Assembly (NCBI GenBank): GCA_018882895.1
Contig: VERF01000003.1
Coordinates: 854-64,853 of the forward strand
Reading direction: 5' to 3'
DNA length: 64,000 bases
DNA from: Candidatus Kapaibacterium sp.
GTDB taxonomy: Bacteria; Bacteroidota; Ignavibacteria; Kapaibacteriales; Kapaibacteriaceae
The notes under the pieces are model-generated. The model was not told where the DNA came from, ran no database searches, and saw only the letters and a list, made by a program, of their open reading frames with translations. This document shows, piece by piece, positions 39,901 through 49,681 of this stretch. Each line of letters begins with the position of its first letter. The first letter of the stretch is position 1. The position numbers and the translations under genes are program-made.

Positions 39901-40292
39901 TTCGTCAGCTGCGTCGGCAGCTCAGAACGGGCACGGTCGACAGCATCCTTTACTCGCTGCTTGGCAACTACGGGATCAATGTCGGTTGTGAACTCAACGA
40001 CGACGATAGATGCATCCTGGATACTATTGCTGGTGACCTTCTTGACGTCGGCCACTGACTTCATCTGCTTTTCGATCGGGCGCGTGATGAGATTCTCTAT
40101 GTCAGTCGGTGAAGTACCGGCATTGATCGTAGAGACCAGAACAGTTGGCACAACGATATCGGGAAACTGCTCCTTTGGAAGTCTGATATAGGTCAGAATG
40201 CCGAGCACGCTGACGATGACCATCAGAACATAGATCGTGGTACGGTTTTCAACGGCCCAAGCCGTGATGGGAAAGCTCTTGTGGTGTTGCAT
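36933..40292 (-). CDS. RND efflux pump inner-membrane subunit (AcrB/HAE1-like)
   Basis: 1119 aa with 12-TM RND topology. N-terminal ...AVENRTTIYVLMVIVSVLGILTYIRLPKEQFPDI. Confidence 0.9.
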   Translation of the reverse strand: MQHHKSFPITAWAVENRTTIYVLMVIVSVLGILTYIRLPKEQFPDIVVPTVLVSTINAGTSPTDIENLITRPIEKQMKSVADVKKVTSNSIQDASIVVVEFTTDIDPVVAKQRVKDAVDRARSELPTQLTKEPQVAEIDFSEFPIMNINISGTVGLEALKKYADELKDKLESLPQIRRTDVIGALEKEIRVDVDPYRLQALGLSFDDVSRAIQLENVNISGGDLLNAGVRRNLKVSGEFASVDQINNVIVRSFRGVTAYVRDVATVRETTKEQQSFARLDGKEVITLAVLKKAGENLIAASDQIQQIVKEYSETKLPSTVSITITNDQSTATRINLADLINTIIIGFLLVTIVLMFFMGVQNALFVGLATPLSSFMAFLVMPGLDFTFNIVVTFAFLLALGIVVDDAIVVIENTHRLHTKDDLDVKTATKYAAAEVFAPVVAGTLTTLAPFFPLLFWPGLVGEFMVYLPAVLIITLTASLIVAYIMNPVFAVDFMDRKPVVMTRRRLMITGGAVGLLSAVGIVTGQLWIMSLSLFCLMFWFFNRRYLTPKLILRFQDRTLPSIMALYRSTLRWSLRGRRPVLIIAAMVVMLMATFALMFVAGPQVTFFPSGEPNNAFVYIQLPIGTDAVETDNVVRLVEQRIQKELGPSNPLVKSVISNVGLGAGDPNNPDRTVTPHKGKVTVAFVEYQKRNGDSTGQYLARFRKALADIPGVEIVVDKEANGPPTGKPVNIEIAGDDFETLTALAEQVRVFLADTVRIAGVERLRSDLVRNKPELAVVIDREKANAEGINTVQVGMLLRSSMYGAEATKFRAGEEEYPVQVRSIETVRTDAEALMNQPVSFMDMSSGRWRQVPVSSIASLEYTSTYAGINRKNQRRVVTLSSNLLEGYNENEVNANIRQSLAGFTVPEGYSIKLTGAQEEQQESASFLGFAFLVAALLIFLIMVTQFNSIAKPLLVMVTVLFSLIGVLLGFIIFQMTFSVAITGVGIVALGGIVVRNGIVLLDFTDVLLAQGWTLRRAVVEGGAIRFNPVILTALSTILGLVPLAIGLNLDFWELLNLRNPHFHIGSDSVAFWGPLAWSIVFGLGFSTFLTLVIVPCMYYVMARRRIFRMHRKTRTSG

Positions 40293-40300
40293 GTCTATTC

Positions 40301-41410
40301 TTACCCGACGATGCGAACAGTTTGACCGGCCGATACCATGGTGGCACCCTTGGTGACAACACGTTGTCCTGACTCGAGGCCACTGGTGATCTGCACATCG
40401 CCCCCTGAAGAAAGTCCAGTGGTGATGTCAATGCGACGGACCACGTTCTTCTCACCCACCACGTAGACATAGGCCCCGCGATTGTCGTGGAGTACGGCTG
40501 CCAGCGGAAGAACTAGAACATTCTTGAGCGTCACATCATTGATCGAGACACGGCAGGTGATATTTGGACGCAAGGCAGCAGGAACGGGGCTTAGTGGAAT
40601 CTCCAATCTGAACGTTCGGCTTGCCGGATTCACCAGTCGAGACACGGCCTTGATGGTCGTGGAAACAGTATCGGAGATCTCGGGAAACTCGATCTTCACA
40701 CGATCGCCAAGTGTTACGGTTGACAGGAATGTCTCGGCCACATCCACTACCACTCGAACGTCACTCATGTTGACGATCGTAAGCGCGGGCATACCGGGCA
40801 TGGCCATTTCGCCAACCTTTGCCATGATGTTCTCTGCAAAACCGCTGCGTGGAGCTGTAATGCGCGACATGGTCCGTTGCTCCTGTAGCGACTCCATGCG
40901 GCGTTCCAGTGCCTCGAGCTGGTTCTTTGCCGTTAGGTACTGGATCTCGCTGCCGGCCTTCTGTTCGAAGATCCTGCGCTGCTTCTCGAACAGCGTACGA
41001 GCAAAATCCAACTGTACTTCAACTTCCTTGATTCCCTTGCGGATAAGTTCGTCGTCGAGCTCTACCAGCACCTGACCGGCTGTTACGGGCTGACCAGGCG
41101 ATACATTCACCTTCGTTATGCGACCGCCCATCTGTGGAGAGAGCGTAATGGTCGAGCGCGCATCGACTGTCCCCTTGACGTCGATAAAATGCACCAGCTC
41201 CGATGCAGCCGCTGGCTGGACAGATACGGGCATCGCTGTTGCAGCATTCTCGGAATCCGAGAGCGTCGATTCCAGCTTCTTGATCTCAGCCTCGATGCGC
41301 ATCTTGTCAGCACGCAGCTGCTTAAGGCGTTCTCCTGCCGAAGGGGCTTGCGGCTCCCCGCAGGAAGTGATGAACATGACGATGGGCAGGGCCCAGAGAA
41401 GTCGTTTCAT
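40301..41410 (-). CDS. RND periplasmic adaptor (MFP)
   Basis: Lipobox FITSC, a coiled-coil hairpin and a beta-barrel region with ...GQVLVELDD.... Confidence 0.85.
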   Translation of the reverse strand: MKRLLWALPIVMFITSCGEPQAPSAGERLKQLRADKMRIEAEIKKLESTLSDSENAATAMPVSVQPAAASELVHFIDVKGTVDARSTITLSPQMGGRITKVNVSPGQPVTAGQVLVELDDELIRKGIKEVEVQLDFARTLFEKQRRIFEQKAGSEIQYLTAKNQLEALERRMESLQEQRTMSRITAPRSGFAENIMAKVGEMAMPGMPALTIVNMSDVRVVVDVAETFLSTVTLGDRVKIEFPEISDTVSTTIKAVSRLVNPASRTFRLEIPLSPVPAALRPNITCRVSINDVTLKNVLVLPLAAVLHDNRGAYVYVVGEKNVVRRIDITTGLSSGGDVQITSGLESGQRVVTKGATMVSAGQTVRIVG

Positions 41411-41415
41411 AATGA

Positions 41416-42126
41416 TCAGTCTTGTGATGGTGAGTAATGTTCGTCATTGGGTACGATTCGACCGTCGCGAATCGAGATGATCCTATCGGCGCGGCGCGCA
41501 AACTGCACGTCGTGCGTGACCATGAGGATGGTCTGATGAAACTCCGTCTTCAGCTCATTCAAAATGTCAAGAACCAAAGAGGTGTTCTTCGTATCAAGAT
41601 TTCCTGTGGGTTCGTCACCGAAAATGATCTTCGGTTCATTGATAAGTGCTCGCGCGATGGCAACGCGCTGTTGCTGACCACCGGAGAGCTTGCTCGATCG
41701 TTTCGTAGCCTGGTCTGCAACACCTAGCATCGAAAGCGTCTTCATGGCCCGCTCTTCCATCTCCTCTGACGTTAGTAAGCCACGCCTTTGTGCCGGCAGC
41801 ATAACATTCTGCAGAACGGTAAAGTCGGGTAGCAGGTAATGGAATTGAAACACGAAGCCGATCATGGAATTGCGGAAGTCCGCTAGACTGTCCCTATCGA
41901 GACTGCGAATGTCAACACCGTCGATTGAGATTTTCCCGTCATAGTCGGTGTCGAGTGTCGAGAGAGCGTACATCAATGTGGTCTTCCCGCTGCCGGAGGG
42001 GCCAACGAGTACAACGAATTCACCCCTGTTGACGGTCAGCGAAATGTCGTTCAAGACATTGAACTCGACCGGCTCTGTAAATGTCTTCGTGACGTTCGTC
42101 GCCACGATGATAGGGTCGTTCATCAT
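41416..42126 (-). CDS. ABC transporter ATP-binding protein (DevA/LolD/MacB-NBD type)
   Basis: GPSGSGKTT, LSGGQQQRVAIARAL, IIFGDEPTGNLD and VTHD are all canonical. Confidence 0.9.
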   Translation of the reverse strand: MMNDPIIVATNVTKTFTEPVEFNVLNDISLTVNRGEFVVLVGPSGSGKTTLMYALSTLDTDYDGKISIDGVDIRSLDRDSLADFRNSMIGFVFQFHYLLPDFTVLQNVMLPAQRRGLLTSEEMEERAMKTLSMLGVADQATKRSSKLSGGQQQRVAIARALINEPKIIFGDEPTGNLDTKNTSLVLDILNELKTEFHQTILMVTHDVQFARRADRIISIRDGRIVPNDEHYSPSQD

Positions 42127-43394
42127 CGGCTCCGAATGATCTCGACCGGATCGAATCGAGCAGCCTTACGCGCCGGGAAGTACCCTGCCACTGTCGTGGA
42201 GATGAGCGCGAACCCAAAGGCAGCCAGATAGAACAGTGGGTTGAAATTGATCACCAGATACTGGACGCTGACGAATCCTTGGATGTTGAGTGGGATCATT
42301 CCTACGATCTTCGAGGTGATAAAACCGAGCAGAAGTCCAAGAAGTCCACCACTGGTCCCGATGGCAATAGATTCGATCAGGAACACCCTGCGAATGTCTC
42401 GGTCCCGATATCCCATCGCTTTGAGGATTGCTATGTCTGGCATCTTCTCGTAGATGATTGTCATCAGGATATTGAAGATGCCGAAGCCGGACACAACCAG
42501 AATCGAGATGATGACAAACACGACCGTAAGATTCTGAATGCGGAAGATTCCGAAAACATTGGCGTTGGCAGCCTTCCAATCCTCTGCCTTGTAGCCAAAC
42601 ACGGTTTGGTACTCATCGGCTACGGACTGGGCAACATCAACGTCCTTCAAGCGAACATTTATGTCCGTGATATACGTGGCAGATTGCTGCAGCAGTCTTT
42701 GAGCGTTGCGTATCGAGATGTATGCCCGCGTGTTGTCCTGAAGGGTTATCCCCGTCTTTGAGATACCGACAACCTTCATGTCGAGCGACACGCCGCGAGA
42801 AGAAATCACCGTGATGTTGTCATTCAGCTTGGCTCCAAGTTTGTCGGCCAGCCCCGAACCGAGAATCACGGCATTGGGAAGCGTCTCCATCCGAACCAGC
42901 TCTCCGGCAATGAGATTGTCGGCCACCTGAAACAGCTGATCCTCTCGCTGCACATCAATGCCAGCCAGGGTACCGGCCTGTTGCGACATTCCGTAGCGCA
43001 AGATCCCCTGCAAACCCAGATATGGGGCAACTCCCTCTACACGGGAATCCTTCTCGATCAGACGCATGATCTGATAACCATTGCGGAGCCGACGTTCCTC
43101 GTCTCGGGGCTTCTGGTTTCGCACAATGGTCCATGTTGACGCGGTGTCGGCGTGAAGATCGAGAACATGAGGTCGAGAAACTCGCACATCGTTATAGATG
43201 TGAACGTGCGCCGTGGTGTTGACGGTCTTCTCGATAAAGTAGCTCTGCAGACCTGTCAGCAGACCTGCCTGAAAAATGAACACCGTTACGCCAAACATCA
43301 CACCTAACATGGCCACGATGGTCTGTCGCTTTTTGCTGACCAAGTGGACCCATGCGATGCTCAGCAAGGGGCTCTTTTGCGACGATGACGTCAC
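42123..43394 (-). CDS. ABC transporter permease, FtsX/MacB-type (DevC-like)
   Basis: 4-TM FtsX fold with a large periplasmic loop. The C-terminal ...AGYFPARKAARFDPVEIIR is diagnostic of the family. Confidence 0.85.
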   Translation of the reverse strand: MTSSSQKSPLLSIAWVHLVSKKRQTIVAMLGVMFGVTVFIFQAGLLTGLQSYFIEKTVNTTAHVHIYNDVRVSRPHVLDLHADTASTWTIVRNQKPRDEERRLRNGYQIMRLIEKDSRVEGVAPYLGLQGILRYGMSQQAGTLAGIDVQREDQLFQVADNLIAGELVRMETLPNAVILGSGLADKLGAKLNDNITVISSRGVSLDMKVVGISKTGITLQDNTRAYISIRNAQRLLQQSATYITDINVRLKDVDVAQSVADEYQTVFGYKAEDWKAANANVFGIFRIQNLTVVFVIISILVVSGFGIFNILMTIIYEKMPDIAILKAMGYRDRDIRRVFLIESIAIGTSGGLLGLLLGFITSKIVGMIPLNIQGFVSVQYLVINFNPLFYLAAFGFALISTTVAGYFPARKAARFDPVEIIRSR

Positions 43395-44500
43395 AGCACT
43401 ACCTCGTCTGCATCGTTAAGACCGGAGATGATCTCCACGTATCGAAGATCCTCGACTCCTGTTATGAGCTTTACGCGCATCTCTTCACCATTTCTGCGGA
43501 CCGTCACCATATGGTCGATCGGTACTGCCTCGCGCGGAAGAACCAAGGCCCGCGATCTGCTCGAGACGACGATGTTGGCCTCCAAGGACATTCCCGGCAG
43601 CAACTGTACCGCATCTGCATCGATGCTGGCCGTCACACTCACCGTCTTGTCGACTCCCGATACACGAGGCGTAATCGATACGATCACACCACCGAAGGTT
43701 CGCCCCTTTACAGCATCGACCGAATAGGCAACACGCTGTCCAACGGCAACTAATGCGATGTCACTTTCATCTATCGCCAGCTCTACCTCAATGCTCGACG
43801 ATTCCCCGATCTCAACCAGTGGTTGCTGTGGCATGACAAGCTCACCAACCTTCGGAATGACATCATAGACACGTCCACTGGCCGATGCTGTCAGAACGAA
43901 TTCATCGCGCAGCGATCGCTGGATCGAGACATTCAACTGAGCTGTGCGCCGTTCGGCGGCCAACCGACGACGTGTCGACTCATAGACATCCCGGACCTTT
44001 TCGTACTGCCGCTGAGATACCTCGAATTGTGTCTTGGCGGCGTCATAGTTCGACTGTGATGTCGCCTGCTGGGTCAGCAGTCGGCGCGTGCGTGCGGCGT
44101 TGGTTGAGTCAAGAACATACTTGGAGCGTGCCGCCTCAAGATCGGCCATGACCGAGCGCAGGAGCGCCCCTTTGTCGCTTGCATTTTCGTCGGCCAGCCC
44201 ATAAAGCGTTTGAGCCGTCTCTACGGCAAGGTCAGAGGATGTCGCCCGAATTCTCAGCAACGGCTGACCGATGGTCACCGAGTCACCCGCCTTCACAAGA
44301 ATCTGATCAACGATTCCCGGTACTTTGGACGAGACTCGATGGAATCCTACAGGAAAGATCTTTCCCGAGGCATAGACGGCCTGTGTAATGGAGCGTCGCT
44401 CGGGTGTGACGGTAGTCTTCGATTTTGTGCAGCCGGCAGCCAGAGCCATGAAAAGCATGATGCCGAAAGCGGCAACCGTCCGAGTCGCGGTCGTATTCAT
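43391..44500 (-). CDS. HlyD/DevB-type membrane fusion protein
   Basis: Lipobox LAAGC. VKAGDSVTIGQPLLRI lipoyl-like motif and coiled coil. Confidence 0.8.
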   Translation of the reverse strand: MNTTATRTVAAFGIMLFMALAAGCTKSKTTVTPERRSITQAVYASGKIFPVGFHRVSSKVPGIVDQILVKAGDSVTIGQPLLRIRATSSDLAVETAQTLYGLADENASDKGALLRSVMADLEAARSKYVLDSTNAARTRRLLTQQATSQSNYDAAKTQFEVSQRQYEKVRDVYESTRRRLAAERRTAQLNVSIQRSLRDEFVLTASASGRVYDVIPKVGELVMPQQPLVEIGESSSIEVELAIDESDIALVAVGQRVAYSVDAVKGRTFGGVIVSITPRVSGVDKTVSVTASIDADAVQLLPGMSLEANIVVSSRSRALVLPREAVPIDHMVTVRRNGEEMRVKLITGVEDLRYVEIISGLNDADEVVL

Positions 44501-45165
44501 GATGCATCTCTCGTGATAATGTGAGAAGATGAGCGCTGCAATCCGCGGATGATCAGCTGAACGATGTCCTGCAAAATGACGTCCTCCGGCTCGGTCACCC
44601 AGCCGGGAGGGATGAGGTTGTTGCGAAGGATCATCACGGAACCCTTCATGGCGATGATGATCTCTGCCACGACGGTTCGTATCGGTCCGTGCAGCTCAAA
44701 GTACCCGAGTTCAACGCCTTGTTCAACGATGCTCTCAACCAACCGGATGAGCCGCTCGTTGACGGAGATGAAATCACCGACCACTGTACCTTCTACGTTC
44801 GACTGGACGAGCAGGCCGATGTTGGTCTGAGTCATCACCTGATAGAAGAAGAGGTTCTCCTGCGAATACGTGTAGAACTTTCCGAATGCCAGTGCCAGCT
44901 TCTCCGGTGGCGGAACGGGGCTCTCCACCACTTGCTGCAGAGATGAGGTCAGCACGGCGATATCATCGGCCAACAAACCCATGAGCAGCTCTTCCCTGTT
45001 TCTGAAGTACAGGTAGAGCGTTCCCTTTGCCAGCTCAGCCTCCTGGGCAATTCGCTCCATCGTGGTTGTGGCGATGCCGTGCTTGACAAATGCCGTTCGG
45101 GCTGAGGCGAGAATGGCACGACGTCGCTGGTCGCGCTCCCGCTCCTTTCGTTGCGTGGTTCCCAT
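44497..45165 (-). CDS. TetR/AcrR-family transcriptional regulator
   Basis: N-terminal HTH ...ILASARTAFVKHGIATTTMERIAQEAELAKGTLYLYF. Confidence 0.85.
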   Translation of the reverse strand: MGTTQRKERERDQRRRAILASARTAFVKHGIATTTMERIAQEAELAKGTLYLYFRNREELLMGLLADDIAVLTSSLQQVVESPVPPPEKLALAFGKFYTYSQENLFFYQVMTQTNIGLLVQSNVEGTVVGDFISVNERLIRLVESIVEQGVELGYFELHGPIRTVVAEIIIAMKGSVMILRNNLIPPGWVTEPEDVILQDIVQLIIRGLQRSSSHIITRDAS

Positions 45166-45177
45166 AGGGATGCTCCC

Positions 45178-46527
45178 TCAACGTCCGTCTTTGCGCACGA
45201 AACGCCAGTACGACCTGTCGACCTGTCCGGTCGCCCTTTCGAAGTCGGCACGAGTGACGTGGTAATCAACGAGCGCGGTTATGGCATTGAGCTTTGCTTG
45301 AGCAAGAGACGTTTCGGCATCGTTGATCTCAAGCAGACTTCCCGTGCCTTCGCGGTATCGGATGCGAGCGATCTCGTATCCGCGCTGCGCCTGCTCTACG
45401 GTTGACTTTTGCGCCAGAGAACGCTCCCTTGCCGACTCAAGCTGGTTGATGAGCGTACGCACCTGGAGGTGGATAAGCTCGGTGAGCTGATTGAGTCGTT
45501 CCTTGGCCGAGAGAACATCGATCTGGGACTGTTCGACGCGTTCGTTTGAGCGCAGGCCGTTAAACAGATTCATTGAAAAGTTCAGCCCAACAACGGTGCT
45601 GGATGCGCTTTGCCAGCCACTGAGCGATTCACTCTGTCCTTGATTCTGCCACTGCCCGAATGCCGCCAAGGTTGGATAGTAGTCCGAACGGCTGAGGTCG
45701 ACCATCCGCGAGCTCACATCGATCTGATGCCGAAGCGCCCTGAGATCGAGATTGTCATTCACCGCCATCGCCACCGAGCCATCGATCTGCGGTGTCTCCT
45801 TTAGTGCCGGGAAGCCCCCTTCAGAGACAGAGATCGAATCGGCAAGGTTCATGCCGATGTATGTCTGTAGCGCAGCGATCGCAGCGTACTTCCCAGACTT
45901 GGCCTGCAGAACCATCGGACGCGCATTGGCAACAGCAACATCAGCGCGGATCTTGTCGAACTCAGCCACGAGGCCTTCGGCAAAGAACGCCGTGATGTTT
46001 CGCTGCACCTCGAGAATATTCGTCAGTGATGCATCCGCTACCGAGGCGTATCCCGTTGCCGCCACGGCCTGATAGTATCTCTTCTTTGTTTCGGTGACAA
46101 CTTCGGCCACGGCTGCATCAAGCTGTGCTTCTGCAGCATCACTATAGAGCTTCGATGCCGAAATGGCAGTGAAAGCTGCGCTGCTGAAAATCAGCTGCTG
46201 TACCTGCGTTGTGACGTTGTATGTGTTGGTAAGTCCAAACCGAAGCGGCGATACTTCGCCCGTTTGCGGATTGGGGAAAAAGAAAACGGGAAGCTGAATG
46301 TTGTAATTGTACCCTGCTGAAACGTTCAATGTTGGCAAGGCCGTACCAAAAGCCTCACGGACCTGAGATTCGGCCTTTTTTACGCCAAGTCGAGCCACGG
46401 CAATGGTCTTGTTTTGCTTCATTGCCAACTCGATCGCCTCGTCAAGAGACAATGACCGAACCTGGGCGAAAGCAGCCGGCGAAAACGTGAGGAAGACTGA
46501 CACGAGAAAGAGCAGAAAACGCGGCAT
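45178..46527 (-). CDS. TolC-family outer-membrane efflux protein
   Basis: Signal peptide MPRFLLFLVSVFLTFSPAAFAQ from the ATG at 46527, with AAGGA 8 nt upstream. The ORF-track ATG at 46560 adds 11 aa. Two OEP repeats. Confidence 0.85.
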   Translation of the reverse strand: MPRFLLFLVSVFLTFSPAAFAQVRSLSLDEAIELAMKQNKTIAVARLGVKKAESQVREAFGTALPTLNVSAGYNYNIQLPVFFFPNPQTGEVSPLRFGLTNTYNVTTQVQQLIFSSAAFTAISASKLYSDAAEAQLDAAVAEVVTETKKRYYQAVAATGYASVADASLTNILEVQRNITAFFAEGLVAEFDKIRADVAVANARPMVLQAKSGKYAAIAALQTYIGMNLADSISVSEGGFPALKETPQIDGSVAMAVNDNLDLRALRHQIDVSSRMVDLSRSDYYPTLAAFGQWQNQGQSESLSGWQSASSTVVGLNFSMNLFNGLRSNERVEQSQIDVLSAKERLNQLTELIHLQVRTLINQLESARERSLAQKSTVEQAQRGYEIARIRYREGTGSLLEINDAETSLAQAKLNAITALVDYHVTRADFERATGQVDRSYWRFVRKDGR

Positions 46528-46573
46528 TGTTGTATCCTTGAGGCGATGACCGTGAGTCATTTGTCTGACTACA

Positions 46574-46597
46574 GGTCACAAATATGACCATTGGTCA
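46574..46597. promoter_or_regulatory. overlapping inverted repeats, candidate TetR operator/promoter of the efflux operon
   Basis: GGTCA-CAAATA-TGACC-ATT-GGTCA lies in the 98-131-nt divergent region between tolC and uvrA. On the minus strand it overlaps CATATTTG, one mismatch from TAnnTTTG. Confidence 0.4.
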
Positions 46598-46658
46598 TGT
46601 TTTATACAAGCAGTCATCAACCGCTACACGATAGATTTGCCGAGATAAAGACTTTCCA

Positions 46659-49553
46659 ATGATGCCACCACGCCCGCTCGAACCGGAACTTGACGCAGAC
46701 ACCACGGAGATAACCACGATCTCAATTCGTGGTGCGCGGGAGCATAACCTCAAGGGTATTGACTTAGATATACCACGTGATCGTCTGGTAGTGATCACGG
46801 GGCTGAGCGGCTCAGGAAAGTCATCCATTGCCTTTGATACCGTCTTTGCCGAGGGGCAGCGTCGCTACGTCGAGAGTCTGTCATCATACGCCCGACAGTT
46901 TCTCGGTGTGATGAAGAAGCCTGACATCGACACGATAGAGGGTCTCTCCCCTGCCATCTCGATCGAACAAAAGAGTACGGGCATGAGCCCACGGTCGACC
47001 GTTGGAACAGTCACGGAGATTTATGACTATCTGCGGCTTCTGTTTGCCAAGATCGGCACTCAGTACTGCGTCGAATGTCAGATCCCTGTTCAACAACAGA
47101 CCGTTGACCAGATCATCGGCACCCTTCTTGCCCTTGGCGTTGGCACACGCATCCAGATTCTTTCTCCGGTCGTCAAGGGGCGCAAGGGCCATTATCGTGA
47201 GCAGTTGGAGTCGTTCCGACGTCAGGGCTACACCCGAGTGCGCATCGACGGCGAGCTGACCGAGATCACACAAGGCATGCAGCTGGCCCGATATAAAACG
47301 CACACCATTGAGCTGGTGATCGACCGGCTGGTGATCGAAGCAGAACCGACCAAGCGGTTGACAGACAGCATAGAAATGGCCCTCCAACTCGGTGAAGGGG
47401 GCTTGACGGTGCTTCATGAATCCGAGCCCGATACGTGGAAGGATCGTTTTTACAGCACGAGCTATGCATGCCCACAGTGCGGCACATCGTATGAGACACC
47501 CGCCCCGAACATGTTCTCGTTCAACTCACCGTTCGGTGCATGCGACTCCTGTGATGGTCTCGGACAGCTGCAGGACTTCGATCCTGGATTGGTGATACCC
47601 GATGCTTCTCTATCACTTGCTTCTGGAGGGATTGCCCCTCTGGGTGCACGACGCGATACATGGCTTTGGAAGCAGGTTCTGGCCTGGTGCGATCATCACA
47701 AGGTCAACGTCATGAAGCCTGTTGGCGAGATCGATGCGGCCCTTCTCGATGACCTTCTCCACGGAACCGGCAAGGCACGCTACGACACCTCTCTTCGCGG
47801 CACAAACGTCAAACACCAGTTCATGGGCGTATTGCCATCCTTGCGACATCAATACGAGCAGTCGGCATCATCGTCGGTGCGAAAGTCCATCGAAAAGTTC
47901 TTTGCCACCGTCACCTGCCGCGAGTGCAACGGAAGTAGGCTCAAGACGCCGCACATGAATGTGCGCGTAGCCGATGAGAATATTGTCGATCTGTGTCGAC
48001 GCGACATTGTCGACGCTCGCACATGGTTTCTTTCACTCTCGGACAAACTCTCCGAGCGTCAGAACCATATTGCCTTCCTTATTCTCAAGGAGATCAACCA
48101 GCGTCTGGAGTTTCTTGATGACGTTGGGCTCAGCTACCTGACCCTTGAACGTAGCGCACGCAGCTTGTCAGGCGGAGAATCTCAGCGTATCAGGCTTGCC
48201 TCACAGATCGGCTCCCACCTAGTGGGCGTCACCTACGTTCTCGACGAGCCATCGATCGGACTTCACCAGCACGACAATCGCAAACTTATCGAGTCACTCA
48301 AGCGACTCCGCGACATCGGGAACACGGTTCTTGTGGTGGAGCACGATCGCGAAATGATCGAGGAATCCGACACCATGATCGACGTTGGCCCTGGCGCAGG
48401 TGTCCACGGTGGTTCGATCGTTGCCGTGAAGTCAGCCCAGGAGATCCGCGATATCATTTCCGGGCACGATGTGTCGGATTCTCCGTCCATCACTCTGCAG
48501 TACCTCAGTGGGCAACGTCGCGTCTTTCGTCCGGAGTTACGTCGAGCCGGCAATGGTAAGACCCTCGAATTGAAAGGGGCGCGCGGTAACAACCTCCGAG
48601 GCGTTGATCTGCAGATCCCACTCGGTACATTCACCTGCGTCACGGGCATGAGCGGATCAGGCAAGAGTTCGCTCATCAACGATACTCTCTACCCGATCTT
48701 GGCCGCTCGACTACATCGGTCGGAACTCAAGCCCCTAGAATACGACTCCATCAATGGACTTGAGTTCATTGACAAGGTCATCGAGATCGACCAGACACCG
48801 ATCGGGCGAACGCCCCGTTCGAATCCGGCTACGTATACCGGACTATTCACGCTGATACGCGACTTCTTTACGATGCTGCCAGAGGCGAAGATCCGTGGCT
48901 ACCAGGCCGGTCGGTTCTCCTTCAATGTCTCCGGCGGACGATGCGAAGAATGCGAAGGGGTGGGCCTGCGGAAGATCGAAATGAACTTCCTTCCCGACGT
49001 GTATGTGTCCTGTGAGACATGCGGAGGTAAACGGTATAATGCCGAGACGTTGATGGTGCGGTTCAAAGGCAAATCCATCTCCGACGTTTTGGAAATGACC
49101 GTCGAGGAGGCACGTGCGTTCTTCTCCGATATCCCCCGAATCTCCACAAGGCTGCAAACATTGATGGATGTGGGGCTGACCTACATCACGCTTGGGCAGC
49201 AGGCCACTACGTTGTCAGGGGGCGAGGCGCAACGCGTGAAACTTGCCACGGAACTGGCAAAATCCTACACCGGCAAGACGCTTTATCTTCTCGACGAACC
49301 AACGACAGGACTGCATTTTGAGGATATCAGTGTTCTGATGAAGCTATTGCACCGACTTGTCGAGCGGGGCAATACGGTGGTTGTCATCGAACACAATCTG
49401 GACGTCATCGTCAGCGCCGATCACATCATCGATCTTGGCCCCGGGGGCGGACGTGAGGGCGGACAGATCATAGCTTCGGGAACGCCCGAACATGTGGCGT
49501 CATCAGACGTGTCGCTTACGGGCAGATACCTCTCTGCGGAACTGAGAAAATAA
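46659..49553 (+). CDS. uvrA: excinuclease ABC subunit A
   Basis: Two ABC ATPase modules ([18 protein letters not shown]; [16 protein letters not shown]) and zinc-finger Cys clusters. Confidence 0.95.
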   Translation: MMPPRPLEPELDADTTEITTISIRGAREHNLKGIDLDIPRDRLVVITGLSGSGKSSIAFDTVFAEGQRRYVESLSSYARQFLGVMKKPDIDTIEGLSPAISIEQKSTGMSPRSTVGTVTEIYDYLRLLFAKIGTQYCVECQIPVQQQTVDQIIGTLLALGVGTRIQILSPVVKGRKGHYREQLESFRRQGYTRVRIDGELTEITQGMQLARYKTHTIELVIDRLVIEAEPTKRLTDSIEMALQLGEGGLTVLHESEPDTWKDRFYSTSYACPQCGTSYETPAPNMFSFNSPFGACDSCDGLGQLQDFDPGLVIPDASLSLASGGIAPLGARRDTWLWKQVLAWCDHHKVNVMKPVGEIDAALLDDLLHGTGKARYDTSLRGTNVKHQFMGVLPSLRHQYEQSASSSVRKSIEKFFATVTCRECNGSRLKTPHMNVRVADENIVDLCRRDIVDARTWFLSLSDKLSERQNHIAFLILKEINQRLEFLDDVGLSYLTLERSARSLSGGESQRIRLASQIGSHLVGVTYVLDEPSIGLHQHDNRKLIESLKRLRDIGNTVLVVEHDREMIEESDTMIDVGPGAGVHGGSIVAVKSAQEIRDIISGHDVSDSPSITLQYLSGQRRVFRPELRRAGNGKTLELKGARGNNLRGVDLQIPLGTFTCVTGMSGSGKSSLINDTLYPILAARLHRSELKPLEYDSINGLEFIDKVIEIDQTPIGRTPRSNPATYTGLFTLIRDFFTMLPEAKIRGYQAGRFSFNVSGGRCEECEGVGLRKIEMNFLPDVYVSCETCGGKRYNAETLMVRFKGKSISDVLEMTVEEARAFFSDIPRISTRLQTLMDVGLTYITLGQQATTLSGGEAQRVKLATELAKSYTGKTLYLLDEPTTGLHFEDISVLMKLLHRLVERGNTVVVIEHNLDVIVSADHIIDLGPGGGREGGQIIASGTPEHVASSDVSLTGRYLSAELRK

Positions 49554-49681
49554 TCCCCATGTTTGCCGTATGTGCATGATTTATCAATGCAGTTCGTCAA
49601 AGCGGCCACACATATGAGAAACACACAGTGCCTCGGACGCGGATCATCCGCAGGGCCTCGTTCGAGAGGAGTCAGTCGACT

